Shown: piece after piece, positions 28,508 to 42,207 of the stretch | How the letters are laid out: each line of letters opens with the position of its first letter | Position numbering within the stretch: the stretch's first letter is position 1 | From: Eledone cirrhosa | Taxonomy: Eukaryota | DNA length: 64,000 nt | Reading direction: 5' to 3' | Assembly: GCA_964016885.1 (NCBI GenBank) | Contig: OZ024741.1 | Coordinates: 167,028,001 to 167,092,000, forward strand | The notes under the pieces: generated by a model | The model's input: the letters and a program-made list of their open reading frames with translations, nothing else | The model's database searches: none | What the model was told of the DNA's origin: nothing | Translations under genes and position numbers: made by a program

Positions 28508-30977
28508 TAACTGAGGCAAACATGTTGGTACAACCTAAACTGAAAGACTTGCTTTTAATGGCACCTGGGTAAACATTAGAGATCAGATTTACTCAGTGGG
28601 AGTTGAGGTACTTGGCTTTAGAACCAAGAAACACCAAGATTGGTTTGATGATAATGATTATAATATCAATCTGCTACTGAAAACCAAGCACACTCTCTAA
28701 GAAAAGCTCCTGAATCAGAATCCTGTAGCATAACAAACTGCCAAGAAAGCCTACAAAGATCACAAGGCAACACTGCAATGCTAACTACGCAGGATGAAAA
28801 ATGAGTGGTGGAACAACTTCTCTTCGGGAATCCAACAGGCTTTTAACATCAAAGATTCGAAGTCATTTTACTTATTGATACACCAAGTCTTCGGCCCACC
28901 AACATCCTCAGTAACTCCTCTGAGATCTAAAGACGATGCCAATATCTTCAAATAGCCATCAAATATCCTTCAGCGTTGGGAGGTACATTTTACTGACCTG
29001 TTTGACAACCCATCAGCAGTCAATTTCGGAATGATAGAGGTCCTTCCTCAATGTAAAACAGTGCACCATATAGATCGACTTCTCTCTGCTGGTGAGATAA
29101 AGCTGGCAAACAGGTTAACTCTAGCAAGGCACCAGGTCGAGATGGTATCCCAGTCAAACTGCTGAAAGTCAGTAGTGATAATGTAACGGAAGCAATAAAC
29201 AACTTCATCACTGATTGCTGGAATTTTGTTATCGTTATACAAAGGCAAAGGTGGCAACTACTGTGGTATCACTTTTTTGGAAGTCTTGGCAAGGTTCTCG
29301 CAAGACTTTTGCTCAACAGACTGGAGTAGGATATCTGTTCTATAGCTACCCCAAAACTACAGAGTGGTTTTAGAGGAGTAAGGGGAACAGTTGCGATGAT
29401 TTTCTTTGTAAGACAAATACAAGAAAAATGCATTGAACATTGTGTCCCTCTATATCAAGTCTTTGTCGACCTAACGAAGGCCTTTGACACAGTTAACAGA
29501 GATGCACTCCAGATAGTACGTGGGAAAGTAGGATGTCCACCCAAGTTTGTGTGCATGCTAAAGCAGCTGCACAGAAATATTTTCAGCTATCTGGGGAAAT
29601 CCCAATTGACAACGGGGTAAAGTAAAGGGATATTACTGCTCCTACGCTTTTCTCCATCTTCTTTGTTGCTTTGCTGATTGTGACAGAAGCAGATCTACCG
29701 GAAAGGTTTTCAAGTTAAGAAGGTTTAATGCCAAAACAAAAACTTTTCAAGCTTTGATCAGAGACCTTTATGCCGACGATGCTGACTTCCTAGCACACAC
29801 AGAAGCTGACATGCAGCACCGTAGGGACCGTTTACTCATCCTCGTGTACACCATTTGGGATTACAATCAGCCTTAAAAAGACCAAAGTAATGTTTACCCC
29901 TGCTCCTGGAGAACCATATACTGAACACAATATCATGGTTGATGGAACCAGGATGGGAGTAGTAGAACAATGTCTACTTGGGTAGCACACTGTCAACTGA
30001 TGGTTCCCTGGATGCTGAAATACATCTGTGCATCCAGAAGGCCATTGTTACTTTCTGAAAATTGGAAAATACATTACCATCAATACCAAGGTGTATGTGT
30101 ATAGATCATGTGTTCTGTCTGCTCTGTTATACTCCTCTGAAAGCTGGACGCTATTCCGCAAACATAAAATTTCTTGAGCGTTTGCAGCAGAAATGTCTAA
30201 GGCGTATATTCCACATCAAGTGGCAAGACAGAACTCCTGACATAGATGTCCTTGTCAAAGCGGAATGTCCAAGCATTGAGTCTCTAGTAACATTTTCTCA
30301 AATGCGCTGGATAGGACATATCGTCCGCATGAAAGAAAGCAGGATTCCAAAACAACTATTTTATGGTAAACTCCATCTTGGAAAAAGGCCTCAATACAAA
30401 ACAAAAATGAGGTACAAGGACAGCATCAGGAGCAACCTCAAAGAGCTGGCATTTGATATAGACAACTGGGAGGAGATAGTACTAAATAGGGATGAGGGGA
30501 GAAATCGCATAAAGGACAGTAGAAAAACTTTTGAAGAATGTCGTCTAGAACATAAACTACTGAAGCGTCAATTTGGAAGGGTTGTGCTCACAGTCTTGAA
30601 GAAGTCATCAGTAGTTGGACATGCAAATTATGTCAAGGTGTACTCCTCTCAAAGGCTGGTTACGTTAATCACCTGAGGTCACATGAAAGAACAATCACCG
30701 GCAACACCATTCAACAAAGACTTGCTGAAACAACGTGCGTGATATGCAACAAAATGTGTAGAACTAGTTCTGGACTAAAAAACACACATGGTGGTACATA
30801 AAGATTGCATCCCGCAAAATCCTGTGAAAAGCCCAACTCTCTTCTGTCCCCTGTGTCGTAAACCATGCAGATCTACAGCTGGTCTACAAAATCATCTACA
30901 AAGTCATGGACGCGGATGGGATGACAATGAAAAATCAATATGAGACGACACTCGTGTGTGAAGACGCTGCAATCCTC
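28508..30977 (+). mobile_element. RTE-clade LINE, 5'-truncated and decayed, with C-terminal C2H2 fingers
   Basis: KHQDWFDDND, DLTKAFDTVNR, YADD (29769-29780), RWIGHIVRM..RIPKQLFYG; followed by (TATG)n. Confidence 0.9.
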
Positions 30978-31060
30978 ATGTATGTATGTATGTATGTATG
31001 TATGTATGTATGTATGTATGTATGTATGTATGTATGTATGTATGTATGTATGTATGTATG

Positions 31061-33548
31061 TTCTTCTGGTTTTATAATTTCACAAAGTTTTACCAATAGA
31101 GAGAGAGTCGGTTTCTAACATAGACACAAGACTCTCTCATTGGAATTTACACAACATCAACTAAGTAGATATGTATGTATGTCTGCATGCATGCATGTGT
31201 AGATATGGATGTTATTGTATGTGTGGATGTGTATGTTTTGAGTTGTATGTGAGCATGTGTGTATGCTTTGTATCTGTACATGTGTATATGCAGTTATTAG
31301 ATGCAAAATCTTTGGAATGTTTTACATATTTTTACTGTTCCATTAATGGATTGTACTTGTAGTTTCCAAACTAGTTGTGTTCTTTCTGTTCCTGTGAAGC
31401 CTAGCTTCTCAAGATTTGTATTGAGGCAGTTACTAACATATCCCAGTGCCCCAATAATCACAGGCATAAATCTGAAGGTGTAATCAGGGTGGAGTATCTG
31501 CAGATTTCTCATCAGTTCTGCATAAATATTCTCCTTTTCACTAATCTTTGATATTATATTGGCATCTGCTGGGCAGCTAATTTCCACTACTGTGCATGTT
31601 TTCTTCTCCCTGTCCCATATCATAATATCTGGTCTGTTATGCCTGCATTTTATTGGGGTTTTTACTGGAACATTTCACCAGTACTCTTTCATATTATGTA
31701 CATGGATGTCTTCCACATTGTTGTAGCTTTTAATGTGTTTATTATCGGGGCTATCTTTTTTACGAACTGCATTGTACAGTGTTTTGGCCACTACATCATG
31801 CCTCATAGGTAAATAGTACCGCGATGACATCTTTGGGCAGCTGCTGATGACATGGGTGATATCCTCGATGTTAGTTCTGCAGAGTCTGCATTTGTTATCA
31901 CATCTAGGTGTTTTGCCTGCATCCCTATCTCTTTTGTGAATCAGGTATTTCGTGCTAATCTCCTGTTCTTGAATTGCAAAAGCGTATCCTTCAAAGTGGG
32001 AGCCAATATAGCGGTTGTTGGTCCAAGATAGACTACTTTCCTTATCTATATTACTCTCACTCTGGAGCTTCCTGGCAACATATCCATGCATGATTTTTTG
32101 CTGATAGGCATGCAGTTTTTCATCCATGGATTCACTGCGATACTGCTGAGCGACATCCCTGGGTGTGAGTTTTTGATTATCACACAGGGAATATCTCTCA
32201 AGGAGTTCCTTCCCAACTCTCATGATCTTATCTGTTTCATGCAGATAGAGTTGCTCGAGAAACGGGCTCCTACGCTTCGAGGTTCGTAGATGTTGTCGGA
32301 GAGATATGATGCGACATTCAAATGTTGTCTGGACTGATGTTAGGCCTCTGCTCCCTGCTTACGTTTCAAGTAAAGGCGGTCTATGTCACTGTTGATGTGG
32401 AAGTTTCCGGTGTTGCTCAGTATTTTTCGAGTTCCAACATCAACTGCTCGGATTTCGTCTATTGTCCAATTGAGTATTCCAAATGTTGGTGTTAGGACAG
32501 GCACAGCAAACACATTGTGAGCCACTGTTTTGTTTTGCGCAGAGAGTTCCGATGACCAGATCTTTCTTAATCGGGTGTAGTATTCCCTGGTTACGCGTTC
32601 TTTATTACAGATACCATTATAGGATATGTTCTCATCTATCCCCAGGTATCTGTAGCAGTCCTCATCAGATATCGGTGAAACAGTTAGACCATTGATGACA
32701 ATGCTGCTAGATTGGGTTGTTGTTTTTCCCCGCTTTACAGTCATGTATGAGCATTTATCTTGGCCAAACTCCATTCCTATATCCTTTGAGAACGTTGTAA
32801 CCAGGTCAAGATTTTTCTTCATCCCATCCATGTTAGGTTCGTATTTCTGTCCTCCTGTGAGCCAATGATGTATCCCTCACATTTCTTGAGCAGAAAGGAC
32901 AAGGGGTTTAATGACAAGATGAACAATATCACAGAGAGACTGTCCCCCTGAAATATACCCCTGCAATATTTTATTTTATCAGTGAAAATAGAGTCCTCCC
33001 TCTCTGCCTTTAACCTTAGGATAGTAGCCCAAGAAGAAGACAGCCTCTCTATGGCTCTGACAATAATGTCTGGGACTTTAGCAAGTTGGAGGGCCTCTAT
33101 CATCCAAGAGTGGGGAACAGAATCGAAAGCTTTCTTGTAGTCCAGCCAGACTGTAGTCATATTCCTCCTAAGTTGTCGCACCTCCGACATCGCAGTTTTG
33201 TTGATTAGGAGTTGTTCAGCACATCCCCAAACCCTTTTCTTTCCAGCTGCTTGTTCATCTGTGATGATGTTATTATTTTCACAGTGATCTTGGAGGAATA
33301 GGTTCAGGCAGGCTGTATGCATCTTATACATCAGGTTCTGGCATGCAATGGGTCGATAGTTTTTTGCCAAGTGGGTGTCTTTGTTCTTGGGGACCAGTAA
33401 CGTTTGTGCTAATGTCAACCATTCTGGTATAAGTGTATCTCCCTTAAGAACTTGTTGGTAGAGGTCAGTAAGATACCTCCGATAGAATATTAGTTTTTTG
33501 TACCAGTAGCCGACAATCATGTCTCTTCCTGGTGTTTTCTTATCTTAT
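31061..33548 (-). mobile_element. R4/Dong-type LINE (RT + CCHC + restriction-like endonuclease), 5'-truncated
   Basis: NYRPIAC, LDYKKAFDSVPH, GIFQGDSLS, YRYLGI, CRLC..EDITHVISSC, RHD, NRPDIMIWD..EISCP; (TATG)n on both flanks. Confidence 0.9.
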
Positions 33549-33838
33549 CTATGTATGTATGTATGTATGTATGTATGTATGTATGTATGTATGTATGTAT
33601 GTATGTATGTATGTATGTATGTGTGCATGTGTGTATGTGTATGTTATTTATTCAATATGGAGTGTATATGGGTCCCTACTCAAAGTGTAGTTCAAGGTTG
33701 TCAGATCCGTGTTCCAGAAATAAATAACTCAGAGTGACATCTCCCACAGGCACTTCTATAACTAATGATATTGCACTCTCCTTAACAGTATTGAGTAATT
33801 TTTTCGATGAAATGCAAATAACTCTTACCAGTTTGAAA

Positions 33839-33879
<41 letters not shown>

Positions 33880-33894
33880 CATATGTTCATGTAT

Positions 33895-33982
<88 letters not shown>

Positions 33983-34643
33983 GCATGTTCATGTACACAC
34001 ACACACACACTCATAAATCACATCTGCTCTTCAGTTCGGTATCGTTGCTACACTTATTTCTTATTCTTTTCTTTTCTTATTCTACTTTGATAAATGATTT
34101 AACCTAAAACGTCAGATCCCCTCTTATGTTTCTATTTGTCGTTAATATTTCCACTGTTATATTGCTAATATTTCCAATATTAACGACTGTCTTTACCTCA
34201 GGTTACACGATGACAGAACTACACATCTCTCCATCTCTCTTAACTTTTGAAAATCATGAAACTTATAAAGTTATAGGTTACAACAGTAAATAAACATTCT
34301 TAAAGACTCCAACTGCATTTTCAACTTATTTTTTCTGCTCTCACAACTAGCGCCAGATAAATACTGCCTCAACACATGGCTTGATTGCTTTGGTAGGTGT
34401 CTTCACGAGAAGAAATATATTTTGTGTACAAATGGCTTAGACCTGATTAACAGTTCTAGAAGGATACTTTGATTTACTGACTATTTTGAATATCAAGGAA
34501 ACTGGATTCTTTGAGTCAGCGAAAAAACAAATTTTTTCTTCTATTTTTATTCAATTTTGACTGTGGTCCCTTAAGAGTTACTTCCCTTGATCTTACCTTC
34601 TAATTTTAAAATATCCTTTCTCTCTCTCTTTCTCTCTCGATAT

Positions 34644-34677
<34 letters not shown>

Positions 34678-34681
<4 letters not shown>

Positions 34682-34917
34682 CAGGAAAGAAGAGTGACAC
34701 GGTTTGCTATACAAAAAAGGTTTTTAATCTCATTGCTGACAATTGTTTCTCTGAACTGGTAGGTCTAGAGATCACTACCCGCCTGTTTTCGCTTCATTCG
34801 ATCACCAATACGCCTTGTTGGGTCAAACTTAGCCAAGCGTTGATATCGTCCACTACTCAGAGTACCCTAACTGGACTACACCTAAGTGGACTACCTATAA
34901 CAATAATCTGTTATCCC

Positions 34918-34920
<3 letters not shown>
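34678..34920 (-). mobile_element. Second copy of the H3 element, embedded in (TA)n
   Basis: Reverse complement of 14701-14985 with a ~45-bp internal deletion. Confidence 0.85.
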
Positions 34921-34949
<29 letters not shown>

Positions 34950-34956
<7 letters not shown>

Positions 34957-36445
34957 TTTCAACAATGTCAGTATTCCGTGTGTCATAATTCTCGATTATC
35001 ATTGGTTCATAGGTTTCAAACGACTCCGCCCACCTCAACGACGCCAAACTTAAATTAATATGCATGATGCCAATGAGCGAGTGAGAGGGGAGAATAAGAA
35101 ACAGAGAGGCAAAGTGGACGCTGTGTTGGATACACTATGTATATGTGTCAGTGTAGAGACATGTGTGTGTATAATGTGTGTGGAAATAAGAGGGGAAGGA
35201 AAGCAATAACTATTAACATGTGCGCGTGTGTATGTACGTGCGCGTATGTGTATGTGTGTGTGCGTGCAGCGTTCCACAGAAAGTAAAAACTATCAACATG
35301 TGTGAGTGTGTGCGTGTGTGTAAGTGCACGGGTGCGTGTGTAAGTTTGCGTGCGTGCGTTTCCATGCGTGTATGTGTGTGTACGTGCGGCGTTCCACAAT
35401 CGCCACGCAGTTTATCTGTCTGTGTGCCTGTCTGTCAGTCTAACATACACAGAGTTGTGAAGGGAGTAAATAGGGACCTTTTTTTACATTGACGGACATA
35501 TTTTATATTTATTATTGTGTCATTTTTTGACAATTGCTCGAAATGAATACTGATAATAAAAGCAATTCCACTTTATCAAACAGTGAACTACAGCGGCGAC
35601 GGCGTGCAGCCAGGAATGAAGAAAAACGGGGCGAACAGCACCATCGGAACGCCGAACTTCAGAGGCGAAGACGTGCCGCCATGAATGAAGAGGAGCTGGC
35701 TGAACAACGCCAACGAAACACTGGAGTCAAGCAGTGACGGCGTGCTGCGATGGTTGAAGACGAACTGGCTGAGCATCATCAGCAGATGGCCGGAATTCAG
35801 CAGCAACGGCATGCTGCGATGGATGAAGAGGAGCTGGCTGAACAGCGCCAGCGCAATACAGAAGTTCAGAGAATGTGTCGCCAAAGTGCCCCTCACTCCA
35901 GTAAAGAAGCTAGAAGGCGAACGGATGATATTAAAAATGGATCATGGCAACCGTGTCATTTTCAGATTGGTGGACGAGCAGAGTGTCCACATACGTTGGT
36001 GATAATCAGACTGTAAAAATCCCAGATCATTTGGTTATGCCACTGGACCGCCAAGCATTGATTGACTGGGTGTTCCCTAATTTGAATGCTTTTTGGCAGA
36101 ATATCTCCTGGATATCAGAACGCGTTATTCTAACTCATACGAATGCAACGGTCGATGAAATAAATTCACAAATAGCCGGAATGTTTTCTGGAGAGGAATG
36201 GTTGACCGTCAGTGCGGATGCAATGGTGCCTAATCAGCAGAACGATATGGATGTTCCGACTGAGTATCTGAAAATACCCGGATTTCACCCACATATTTTG
36301 AGGTTGAAAAGGGGTATGCCGATTATATTGCTTAGAAATATCAATCATAAAATGGGTCTTTGCAATGGTACCAGATTGATTCTTGACAGATACCTGTCTT
36401 CTCTTATCATCTGTTTACCCGGGCGAAGCTGGGTACGTCAGCTAG
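34950..36445 (+). mobile_element. Internally deleted Helitron (second family)
   Basis: R/E/Q-rich repeat ORF fragments (35534-35900), PIF1 C-terminal fragment (ERVILTHTN, LRLKRGMPIILLRNI, GLCNGTRL), 3' hairpin CCCGGGCGAAGCTGGG + CTAG/T; 5' end approximate. Confidence 0.85.
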
Positions 36446-37140
36446 TATATATAAAATTGTAAGTTTGAAGAATTATTAGATAAAATATATCCAATCTTTC
36501 TTCACCCTAGTCCGTAGAAATCAACTAAATAAATAATCATTTAAACGGAGCGATAAGTTTAAAATGTAAATTCGAAGAAATAATAGATAAATGATACAGA
36601 CTATTTTCTGCGAGGAACAGTCAGATAAAATTTATCCAGTCTTTCCTTTTATCCCGTAGAAATTAACTAGACAAATAATCAATTAAACAGAGCTAAGTCT
36701 AAAATGTAAGTTAGAAGAAAAAATGCATATAAACTTTACCAAAATTCCTCTAGTCCCGACTATCGATAGTTTAGCTCGTACTTTGTGGATATGTTCAATC
36801 TTGGTATTATCCATGAGACTTAGAGCTTATCAAGAGACTCCCTCAGGTTTGGACTAAAATTTCTACAGTGATCACCACCAGAAATGAATTAAAAAATGGC
36901 TAAGAATCATCACGTGGCTCATAGGGATATATGTATATATGTAGACATATATTTAGACATAGTCACAGATAGACATATGAGTGTGGCTACCTTTCATGGT
37001 GTGGCTCAATGAAAAATTTAATTAAGCAAATAATTATTAATCAGAGCTATATAAAATTGCAAGTTTGAAGAATTGTTAGATAAAATATATCCAATCTTTC
37101 TTCATCCTAGTCCGTAGAAATCAATATATATATATATATA

Positions 37141-37259
37141 TATAATCAGTTACAACAGAGGCATACGCAGACACAAGTTTCGTCGGGTTTAACACCAACT
37201 CATTTCGTCTCAGACGAAACTTATGTATCTTCATATACCACTTGTTGTAACTGATTATA
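37141..37259. repeat. Imperfect fold-back abutting (TA)n
   Basis: TATAATCAGTTACAAC..AAGTTTCGTC / GACGAAACTT..GTTGTAACTGATTATA. Confidence 0.75.
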
Positions 37260-37309
37260 CATAACTCGTCTACGGACTGAATGCTCTAAACCATTGGCTT
37301 TAAATCAAG

Positions 37310-37740
37310 CTTGTATAGCCGAATGGTTAAAAAGTTCGTTTGGCGATCATTAAGTCCAGAGCTCGATCCTACTGCCTCGTGTCGATCCATGCCTTTGTGA
37401 ATTAAATTGGGTAGACTGAAACTGTTTGGAAACCCGTTTAATGGACTGTACCTGTAATACAAAGGGCAAGACTAGTCACCCTGTGTGTCGCACTGAATCT
37501 CCCTGGGAATTACCGTATTTCCCGGCGTCGAAGACGCTACTTTTCCCCTGAAATAAGTCTAAAAAATCTACCATGAGTCCTGGAGACCGAAGTTTGTTTA
37601 TTTTTTTTTTTTTAATTTTTGGTTGTCAAAATTAGGGTGCGTCCTCGAGGACGAAGCGTCTTCGGCGCCGGGAAATACGGTACGTTAAGAGAATACGAGT
37701 TTAGGCTATTCCGTTGTTTGAACAACTGGAATAGAAGCAT
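37310..37740 (+). mobile_element. Old tRNA-derived SINE interrupted by a MITE
   Basis: TAGCCGAATGG / GCTCGATCC boxes; body appears to continue after the MITE. Confidence 0.5.
37513..37680. mobile_element. Tc1/pogo-type MITE, copy 2
   Basis: 25-bp TIR with one mismatch, TA duplication. Confidence 0.9.
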
Positions 37741-38165
37741 ATTCTTTAAAGAAAAGCTTAGCAGTGACTTCGAAGTTTCGACTGTAGTCGACTTTGTCAG
37801 ACAACAGGAAAAACTTTGAAGTTATGGGAAAACATTTTGCTGTAAAATAAAATACTCCACCGATAGTTATTGAGTGCTTATACATATTGCACAACTAATA
37901 ATGAGTGTTTATTCGAATGTCTGTCTGTGTGTGTTTCGTTAGTTATAATTACAGATATTTCAACACTTCCAGCCAGTTTTTCATATAGTCAGTGTAGACT
38001 TCTAACACTGTTTTTCAGTTTCCTCATTACACGTATTTTATCAATACAATGTCTGTCATCTTTGTTGGTCTTTCAGAAATATAAATTAGAATTTTGTATA
38101 CTAGTCAGGGTCAACGGTCTAGAGAAATATTTCGAGCTAACCACTATCTCCTTCCTAAATTAGCA

Positions 38166-38488
38166 CCAGGTATATAAATAATTGTTTCTACTTTTGGCAC
38201 AAGGCCAGCAATTACCCAGTGCATTACTGGTACTTTATTTTATCGACCCCGTAAGGATGAAAGGCAAAGTCAACCTCGGCGGGATTTGAACTCAGATCGT
38301 AAAGGGACGTAACTATGCTGGAAAGCATGGCGTCCGACCCTCTACCGATACTGCCAATCCACCGCCAGGTATATAAATAATTGTTTCTACTTTAGGCACA
38401 AGGCCAGCAATTACCCAGTGCATTACTGGTACTTTATTTTATCGACCCCGTAAGGATGAAAGGCAAAGTCAACCAGGTATATAAATAA
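38166..38488 (-). mobile_element. Two tandem SINEs (one full, one truncated) with a triplicated 16-bp target
   Basis: CCAGGTATATAAATAA at 38166, 38365 and 38473. Confidence 0.9.
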
Positions 38489-38575
38489 TGTGAGGTACTC
38501 AACGTTATAAGATTAAATCTCATACCATTGATTTCTACTGAAGCTGTTTGTTTACTAAAAGACTAAACTCTCTCT

Positions 38576-38622
<47 letters not shown>

Positions 38623-38747
38623 ACATACACACACACACACACACACACATTTATGTATGTTTTATGTAGAATCTGTCATAAAAACAAGTATTGAATAAAC
38701 ACTCAGTACACACAGCCATACATACACAGAGGAAGAGAGAGAGAGAT

Positions 38748-38830
<83 letters not shown>

Positions 38831-39300
38831 GTGTGTGTGAGAGAGAAGTTATGTTCATACCGAGATATAATGAATTTCACCATGTTTTAAAATGAGCAAG
38901 ATGACCTACGACTCTCAGGAGTTCAGGCCTTAGCGAAGAAGAAGGCGTGAAATGTACCTGTGTAAAGTAGGTGTTGAAATGTAGGTGTATAATGTAGGCG
39001 CCTAAATATTGATCTTTAAATGTACGTGCGTAAATGTATGAGTGAAAATGTAAATGCGTAAATGTAGGCGTGTAACTAGATGTGTAAGTATACATTTTGT
39101 TTTATGACAAAAGCCCATGCTCGTAAAATGTTTCAGGGTTTATGAGAGTGGTGTGTGAAAGGAAGGTATTTACTCGCAAACCAGAGACTTAACCCGGATG
39201 TTTGCAGAGGAGGGTACTCTTTTAACTCTTTTCATATCAAACCACCTGAAACTGCCCCAGGTTCGAAGCTACAAAGTTGTATATTTTAAAGTGTTTATAT

Positions 39301-39999
39301 ATAAATGGAATAGAATGAAACGAAATTTCATTTCTCACTCTTAGTACGGCAGTTACTTAAATGTAAGTATTTATGTATGTATACGTACATACATATATGT
39401 ATACAGACGTACAGTAGTATGTATATATATATACATACATGCACACATATATATATGCACGTATCGGTTTCCGAACATTTATTATAATGTTCGGTTTGTT
39501 TGTTTGTAAACAAACAAACAGCCCGGATTACGCCGTACAATGTTTAGGCAACCACGTCACCTTTTTGTTCAACACTGACACAGGAACGATGTACTAGTTT
39601 CAAGCTTATTAGCTATCGTCAGCATCGTATTAGCTATCGTCATCTTATTAGCTATCGTCACCTTCCTGCCAGATGGTTGAACGTCTGAAAGTATATATTT
39701 TCCTTATGCATATTAACGGCCGAGCAGCCCAATTTGCATATCGAGTGAGTTCAGTCGGCTGGGCGCACCGAAAACGATAAATGGAATAGAATGAAACGAA
39801 ATTTCATTTCTCACTCTTAGTGCGGCACTTACTTAAATGTAAGTATTTATGTATGTATACGTACATGCATATATGTATACAGACGTACAGTAGTATGCAT
39901 ATATATACATACATGCACACACATATATATGCACGTATCGGTTTACCGAACATTTATTATAATGTCGGTTTGTTTGTTTGTAAACAAACAAACAGCCCG
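39301..39999 (-). mobile_element. Family H4 partial tandem (~1.5 monomers, period ~476 bp)
   Basis: 39301-39525 repeated at 39777-39999. Confidence 0.88.
39586..39628 (-). ncRNA. Minimal type-I hammerhead ribozyme (family H4, best copy)
   Basis: ACGATG-CTGACGA-T-AGCT(AATA)AGCT-T-GAAA-CTAG-TA-CATCGT: perfect 6-bp stem I, palindromic ACTAGT stem III, GUA cleavage triplet. Confidence 0.78.
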
Positions 40000-40809
40000 A
40001 ATTGTTTATATATATATATTTAAACACCTTCAATCATAATTTTATCTAAGAAACTTTTTTTATGTTCCAAATACCAGCTTAATAATGAAAAAGTTAGTTA
40101 TATTACTAAATCTCTCCAAATTCTTTATTTTCAGAATGATTTAAAAATAATAGGCTATGTCATTCATTAGAAATATAGTAACGGAAGCGCAACTGCAAGG
40201 ACTATTAGATGATGTTAAACCGGGTTACTGATTAGCTCAACAAATTACAGGCCCAGTCCAACCGACGGGCTTCTCAACAGTTTCCGTATACCCAATTTCA
40301 CTCACAAAGTCTTACTCGATCTGAGGCTGTGGTAGAAGACACTTCTCAAAGATGCTACACAGTGGGATTGATCCTAGACAGAGGGGAAATCATTGCATCT
40401 GTATATATGTGTGCGTGTGCCAGAAAAGGAGACAGGAGCTCGATTGAGTATGCATTTATGTGCTCGAATATCTGCACATGTATATCATTTGTGTGTATGC
40501 ATGACTTATCGTGTGTGTATTCGGGTGTTAATATGTGAATATGTTTTTCGTAAATGCCGTATACATATGTGGTGCCACAATAAACCGAACGCACTTCATG
40601 TATAAAGTGATATTGTTGGTGCACAATAAAATGCACATAGTTCATTTTGAAAAGGAGTAGTATCGGTGCAATGATTAATACCACCCATTCCACCCTGTAA
40701 GGTGGCAGTGCTGATGCCATGATAAAATGCAACCGGTCGACCCTGTAATTTGATAGTGCTGGCGCCACGATAAAATGGTCTCTGTACACGCTGTAAGATG
40801 ATTGCCATT

Positions 40810-40962
40810 ATGAAGGGCATCCAGTCTTAGAAATCATGCCAAAAATGGAATCTATGTGCAAGACGTGTACATCTGACTGGTCTAGACACAGAAGGTAACA
40901 ACGAGTCTAACCCATGCAAGCATGGAAAATAGACGTTAAACGGTGATGATAACGATAATGGT
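40810..40962 (+). mobile_element. Degenerate SINE 3' part (second family)
   Basis: AAGGGCATCCAG...AACCCATGCAAGCATGGAAAATAGACGTTAAACG followed by a (GAT)n-like tail. Confidence 0.55.
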
Positions 40963-41043
40963 CATAAGTGTGCGCCTGTATCTGCTTTAGTGTGCGTAAA
41001 TATTACAAGTATGAGTCTAAATATAAATTGTATGCCTTTGTAT

Positions 41044-41076
<33 letters not shown>

Positions 41077-41077
41077 C

Positions 41078-41146
<69 letters not shown>

Positions 41147-41271
41147 TAATTATATATATATGTATCTATCTATCTATCTATATATAAGTATATATATATA
41201 TATACTAATTATATATATACATATATATATCTATATCTATATCTATCTCTCTATATATATTTATATATATT

Positions 41272-41317
<46 letters not shown>

Positions 41318-41775
41318 CTTATTTGCGCGTATGTTTAGCTTAGAATGTATGCATGTGTATATGATGTGAGTATATATGTATATGCAATTTTATTTTGTAT
41401 GTGTGTGTGTTTATGTATGTTTGTATGTGCACGTGTATATACGTGTGTATATACGTATGTATGAATGCTTGTGTATTTCTATGTGCTTATATGTCTATTT
41501 AGATAAATCTATATGTGGATGAACTACGATATGCAAAGTAGGTTATCTTTTTTTGATAAATTCTTCAAATATTTTTCTATAAAGAAATTGCTGGTATCTA
41601 ACAAAAGAAACAAAGCGTTATCATTGGAATTTTAGATAACAACAGTGTAGATGTACATGTTGAATCTTAGAAAAGTGTTGCATATTTCTCTTCTTCCACT
41701 TAGTGGCTGAATTTACTTGAAAACTCGGATTTTTTAAACGATAATTTAAACAATGCATAGCACTAATGATTTAGT

Positions 41776-41812
<37 letters not shown>

Positions 41813-41813
<1 letters not shown>

Positions 41814-42207
41814 CCCATACAGCTATGAGTTTTTCATCCTCAGTGTATACTGATTAATGTTCAGAGCCATCCTCAGCATTCTCGTGTAGCACCCATCCAC
41901 CACCTGAGTGAGTCTCTTGGTCAGTGTCCAAGTCTCAGACCCATACAGCAGCACAGACTCCACTACAGCAATGAAGAGGCGGATTTTCACCTACATCCAG
42001 AGTTGACATTGCACTCAGTGCTCCTTTGGGAGCCCCTACATGGACACACTAGAAGAGGAAGACCAAGGTTAACATATGTTGATGCCCTAAGGACAGACAC
42101 TGGTCTGTTGGAGATGCAGGATATGGCAGCGATAATGAGGGACAGAGACCGCTGGAGAGAACTCGTCCATGGATCTCGGGAATTTTACCCGCCTTAGATA
42201 GATAGAT
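41813..42207. mobile_element. 5'-inverted 3' fragment of an RTE-like LINE
   Basis: Minus: KIRLFIAVVESVLLYGSETWTLT..DGCYTRMLR..LYG; plus: HPE..VLLWEPLHG..RGRPRLTYVD..DRDRWR; (TAGA)n tail. Confidence 0.85.
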
